Both the position numbers and the translations under genes were made by a program. From positions 3,197,166 through 3,261,165 of the forward strand of contig CALNXW010000016.1 of NCBI GenBank assembly GCA_942490685.1: a stretch of 64,000 nt of DNA, given 5' to 3'. Below the pieces are notes generated by a model, which made no database searches, was not told where the DNA came from, and saw only the letters and a list, made by a program, of their open reading frames with translations. Of this stretch, positions 60,213-64,000 are shown in pieces. Numbering within the stretch: position 1 is the first letter of the stretch; each line of letters opens with the position of its first letter. Source of the DNA: an uncultured bacterium (GTDB lineage: Bacteria > Bacteroidota > Ignavibacteria > Kapaibacteriales > UBA2268).

Positions 60213-60745
60213 CGGTTTATCTCCCTACGAGGAATCATAAGAAGCATAGCAAAAACAGACATGATTGTAGTATAAAGAGATATAGCAATGCCATATTGAG
60301 TAAATAAGGACCAGTAATCCATTTCACTCACTTTAATATAAAAGAAGAAATATATAATATTATGGATAACAGAAGCTAAAAACACAGTAAATAAAAATCT
60401 GATACTACCGATAGTCTGCTCCTGTTTGCCTTCTTTATAGAAATATCCTGCAATGAAAGCAACCACTGTTTTAGCCAGTGCGTTTGTACCTATCACGTCA
60501 TTTGTAGTCATATCAAACAATAGCCCGATACCAAAACCAAAAAAGAGCCCAACAAACTGACCTTCAGAAAGCGCAATCCAAACCACTAAAATCAGAAGCA
60601 AGTCAGGAGTAAGTCCGCCAATTTCGATAAACTCAATAAATAAAGCATTTGCAACTGAAAGCATAAGAGCTACAAGGCCATATATTACATAAGTAAGCCC
60701 CTTGGACTTTTTACCGGTATTTATTTGATCTAAATATGGGAACAT
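60209..60745 (-). CDS. mreD: Rod shape-determining protein MreD
   Basis: 178-aa polytopic membrane protein immediately downstream of mreC. Confidence 0.6.
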   Translation of the reverse strand: MFPYLDQINTGKKSKGLTYVIYGLVALMLSVANALFIEFIEIGGLTPDLLLILVVWIALSEGQFVGLFFGFGIGLLFDMTTNDVIGTNALAKTVVAFIAGYFYKEGKQEQTIGSIRFLFTVFLASVIHNIIYFFFYIKVSEMDYWSLFTQYGIAISLYTTIMSVFAMLLMIPRREINR

Positions 60746-61597
60746 TTATTTTTTCTTCCTTGCCATTAGTTTTTCTTCAAACTGCTTTATCAAATCCAGT
60801 CTTTCTTCATCCGGGATAAACTTCATAACAAATACCTGCTCTATAGTTGAGAAGTTTACAAACGGCTCTATTTCCACTCTGAAAAATAAAGATCCCTGTA
60901 CGTCTTTAATGCTTCTAACCTGTCCGATCGGTACATTTTTAGGATATTTATTTGTAAAGTTAGAAGTCAATACTACATCACCAACCTGAATATCAAATGA
61001 TGTTGGAATATTTTTTAGTAAGAGGTAATCGTCACCTTCCCAGGCAACAATACCATCAATATTTGTTCTTTGAATCTTTGCAGATATCCTGACATTCCTA
61101 TTGAAAATAGATTCAACAAGACTGTAATCTTCAGAAGCTGAGACAATCTGACCTACTATTCCTGCATCAGTTCTAACGCACATACCCTGCTCTATCTCAT
61201 CTTCTGCACCACGGTTTAGAGTCAAGGTGTTTCTCATCTCTATCGAGTTTTTACCAATTACCTCAGCACTAACAACCGGATAGTCAGAGGTATTTTTAAA
61301 CTCTATCATTTCACGCAGCCGCTTATTTTCAATCAGAGCGTGGCGCATACGTGTTATTTCAGCAGACTGACGGAGATTAAGCTCTCGCACTGCTCTGTTT
61401 TCACTTTTCAAAGCAGCAGGATTGGGAATCCATGCAAAGGCTTCCTGCATCCACCCCACAGTACCAATAATAACAGTTCGATATCCGCCCAGTTTTGAAA
61501 CATCTCCCATAGAAATAAGTGCAAGACATATAACTATTAGAGAAGCAAAAGTTATATACTCTTTAAAGCGAACTATGTAATTTATAAATCTCTGCAT
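60746..61597 (-). CDS. mreC: Rod shape-determining protein MreC
   Basis: N-terminal TM, coiled-coil segment, then beta domains with G.VG.V and …PKNVPIGQV… motifs. Confidence 0.75.
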   Translation of the reverse strand: MQRFINYIVRFKEYITFASLIVICLALISMGDVSKLGGYRTVIIGTVGWMQEAFAWIPNPAALKSENRAVRELNLRQSAEITRMRHALIENKRLREMIEFKNTSDYPVVSAEVIGKNSIEMRNTLTLNRGAEDEIEQGMCVRTDAGIVGQIVSASEDYSLVESIFNRNVRISAKIQRTNIDGIVAWEGDDYLLLKNIPTSFDIQVGDVVLTSNFTNKYPKNVPIGQVRSIKDVQGSLFFRVEIEPFVNFSTIEQVFVMKFIPDEERLDLIKQFEEKLMARKKK

Positions 61598-61710
61598 TCA
61601 ATTTTCTCAATCAATGAGGTTCTCAGAATTATATACAATTATATTATATATTCCACTAAGACACAAAAATAATAAGTTATTTTCTACTGTGCTAACTCAA
61701 AAAAGTATCA

Positions 61711-63558
61711 TTAGTCCAGAAATGAACCATAAGTCTGCTCTTCAGCTGTAGAAAGAGCGCCTCCCTTCTGCTTATATATGTTATAATATTTTTTTGTAGA
61801 ATCTTTATTTCCTAATACATAGTAAGAACCGGTTATGTATTTAAGTAAAGTTGTGTTAGTTTTATCAAGTTGATAAGCATATTGCCAAAAGTATATACTG
61901 GCATCTAGGGCTTGATTTTTGAAAGCATCTTTAGCAATTCCATCAAGCCTCTCTGATAATACTTTGTTTTGGAATTTATTTTCTACTATAACTTTGCCAT
62001 ACTTATCTATATTATCATAATCAAGATTCATTACACTTATATTGAATAACTCGAAATATGCTTCCGGCTCTTTTGGAAAAAGGTTAGTCATTCTTTCCCA
62101 TATCGACTGGGCACTATCCAAATATACAGCACTTACATAAGCTTGTGAAAGAGCAAACATTATTGGCTTCTCATCGGGTTGAAGCTCGAGAGCTTTTTTG
62201 TAATGTAAAATTGCTTTGCTATATTCCTGCTTCATCATAGAGACTTCACCCAACTGAAAATATCTCTTATAATAGCCTGATTGATTATTAGCTGCTTTTT
62301 CAAAATAGGTTTCAGCTTTGTCGATTTGTCCATTCTCAGCATAATAGTTACCAATTATCTGATAATAAAAAGCACGAGAGCTGTCCTGCTCTATAGCATT
62401 TTCATAGAACGACACAGGCGACTCATACGCATCCACATGGTCATAATTGATATAAGCAAAAAATACAATCGGAATTAAACCTATGCTCAAAAGCAATGTC
62501 TGATTCGCTTTCTCCAGTTTATTTTTCAGTAGAAAGGCAAACATAAAAAGAATACCTACAAGAGGTAAATATGAACGACAATAAAGGTAGTCATTCCATT
62601 CGTCAGCATTCCCTCTTTGAAATATCGTGGTAGGCAGCACTAGTAAAATGAACCACAACAGGCTCCATGCAAGCATCTTTTTATCTTTCTGAGTAGCCAC
62701 AAAGATAAGCCCTGTAAGAGCAAGTAATATCACACTTCCTATTATAGTAGCACTTGCAGAATAAGTAGGAAGCACTGAAAGATCTATCGGTATAAAAAAC
62801 TTACTGAGAAATTCGGGTAGCACTCGCAAATTTGATATAAATACATCAATTCCAAAAATATTTGCATTTTCCCCTTTTTCAGCTGTTGCTCTAAGCAAAA
62901 ACCATATTAATCCGACTCCAAACCAAGATCCGAATAGGATTTTTTTATCTTTGAGCGATTCCCCCTCACTTTTGTTTATATATGCATACAATAGGAAAAG
63001 TAAAGGCAAAATAGCCGCTGTTTCCTTTGTAAACAAAGCAAGTATCACAAAAAGGACATTTAAAAGTAAATCTTTATTAGCTCGTGACTTTAGATAATTA
63101 TCCAGATATAAAAAAGCAGCAAGACCGAAAATGCCAAGCATAAGGTCATTTCTTCCTGGTATCCAGGCAACTGCATTTGCAAATAGAGGATGCACTGAAT
63201 AAATCAATGCTGCCAAAAGAGCCATTGTCTCACTTCCGCTTAGCCTTCTTATAACAATAAAGAGAATCGAACAAAAAACTATATGCAATAATATGTTCAA
63301 CCTATGATATTTCGACGCATCAGTACCCCAGAGTGCGGCATCTATTCTAAAGCTTATATTTACCAGCGGGCGGTAATATGTTGTATTTAAATATGAATTC
63401 GAGAACTCTGAAAAAACTCCGGATTTTGTATTCACTGTTTTAGTGTAGTGATCTATAAGTCGTGTATCATCACATTTTACAGAGTCATAATCAAGAGAAG
63501 AACTGTATATGAAAATACCAACAATTGCAATAATTAGAAATTTTGCATAGGAAGACAT
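61711..63558 (-). CDS. Polytopic membrane protein with a C-terminal TPR repeat domain (PMT/ArnT-like glycosyltransferase topology)
   Basis: About 10 TM segments in the N-terminal 380 aa, then TPR-like repeats (…YFEKAANNQSGYYKRYFQLGEV…ILHYKKALELQPD…). Confidence 0.55.
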   Translation of the reverse strand: MSSYAKFLIIAIVGIFIYSSSLDYDSVKCDDTRLIDHYTKTVNTKSGVFSEFSNSYLNTTYYRPLVNISFRIDAALWGTDASKYHRLNILLHIVFCSILFIVIRRLSGSETMALLAALIYSVHPLFANAVAWIPGRNDLMLGIFGLAAFLYLDNYLKSRANKDLLLNVLFVILALFTKETAAILPLLFLLYAYINKSEGESLKDKKILFGSWFGVGLIWFLLRATAEKGENANIFGIDVFISNLRVLPEFLSKFFIPIDLSVLPTYSASATIIGSVILLALTGLIFVATQKDKKMLAWSLLWFILLVLPTTIFQRGNADEWNDYLYCRSYLPLVGILFMFAFLLKNKLEKANQTLLLSIGLIPIVFFAYINYDHVDAYESPVSFYENAIEQDSSRAFYYQIIGNYYAENGQIDKAETYFEKAANNQSGYYKRYFQLGEVSMMKQEYSKAILHYKKALELQPDEKPIMFALSQAYVSAVYLDSAQSIWERMTNLFPKEPEAYFELFNISVMNLDYDNIDKYGKVIVENKFQNKVLSERLDGIAKDAFKNQALDASIYFWQYAYQLDKTNTTLLKYITGSYYVLGNKDSTKKYYNIYKQKGGALSTAEEQTYGSFLD

Positions 63559-63732
63559 AGCTAATCCTTAGTTTGAAACAAGTTTATACACCTAGGCATA
63601 TTCCAAATTTACAAATTTGTAAGTTAAATCAATAAACTAATATATATTACTTTTATAAAGTCTTTCTTGCTAAATTCTTAAAGATAATAATTATATTAGC
63701 ATTATTTGATTTTAGCTATTGGAGAAATAAGT

Positions 63733-64000
63733 TGAGCGAATTAGTAAAAAGAATTAGTGTCGCGGCTTTAGGGATTCCACTTTTTATAGGTATGCTGTAC
63801 TTAGGAGAGTGGTGGTTCACAATTTTCGTTTTAGTACTGTCCGTAGGTGCTCTCATTGAGTTTTATAATATGTCTGAGCACAAAGACGCCAAAACTGTTT
63901 CAGTTCCATCAGTTATAATGGGAAGTTTGCTACCGGTTGCCTTTTATTATCAGCTGATTTCTGCCTCTCCCGTTAGTGCATTTATTCTTCTAATTGGGTT
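63733..64000 (+). CDS. cdsA: Phosphatidate cytidylyltransferase, N-terminal fragment running off the window
   Basis: TTG start after a GGAG RBS. Hydrophobic CdsA-like N-terminus (…RISVAALGIPLFIGMLYLGEWWF…). Confidence 0.55.

Overview
The window is low-GC (about 35% by eye) chromosomal DNA whose gene content suggests a Bacteroidota/Ignavibacteriota-like anaerobe. The evidence is T9SS C-terminal sorting domains, a BatA/C/D/E aerotolerance operon, a GWxTD protein, NrfHA pentaheme nitrite reductase and split atpDC. Most of the 64 kb is ordinary housekeeping or envelope coding sequence: three tandem Hsp20 genes, atpDC, rsmB, maf, trxA, nrfHA, the bat operon, a TonB-dependent receptor, acyl-CoA carboxyltransferase plus biotin carrier, aconitase, a multi-HAMP chemoreceptor, two tRNA-Glu copies, lon, a CoA-transferase, mreCD and a partial cdsA. 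The accessory signal is concentrated in two places, 15.4–16.6 kb and 25.1–28.1 kb. These share two unrelated non-coding repeat modules. X is about 105 bp with a tRNA-like cloverleaf. Y is about 140–150 bp, and its central 45–55 bp is in opposite orientation in the two full copies while the flanks are collinear. Each full Y copy lies directly 5' of a small overlapping two-gene cassette. One cassette is a frameshifted glycine-zipper ORF plus a 134-aa ORF. The other is a 46-aa ORF translationally coupled to a 217-aa double-CxxC protein. The second cassette has been split exactly at its gene junction by an intact IS3-family element (orfA/orfB with a -1 frameshift, 24-bp terminal IRs, 3-bp TTA target duplication) and is bracketed by direct X repeats. 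No CRISPR array or rRNA was seen. Other points of note are a COG0701-type permease fused to an HMA metal-binding domain downstream of a double-palindrome operator, a 728-aa KamA-family radical-SAM protein with a long N-terminal extension, and a structured approximately 200-nt leader in front of the TonB-dependent receptor.
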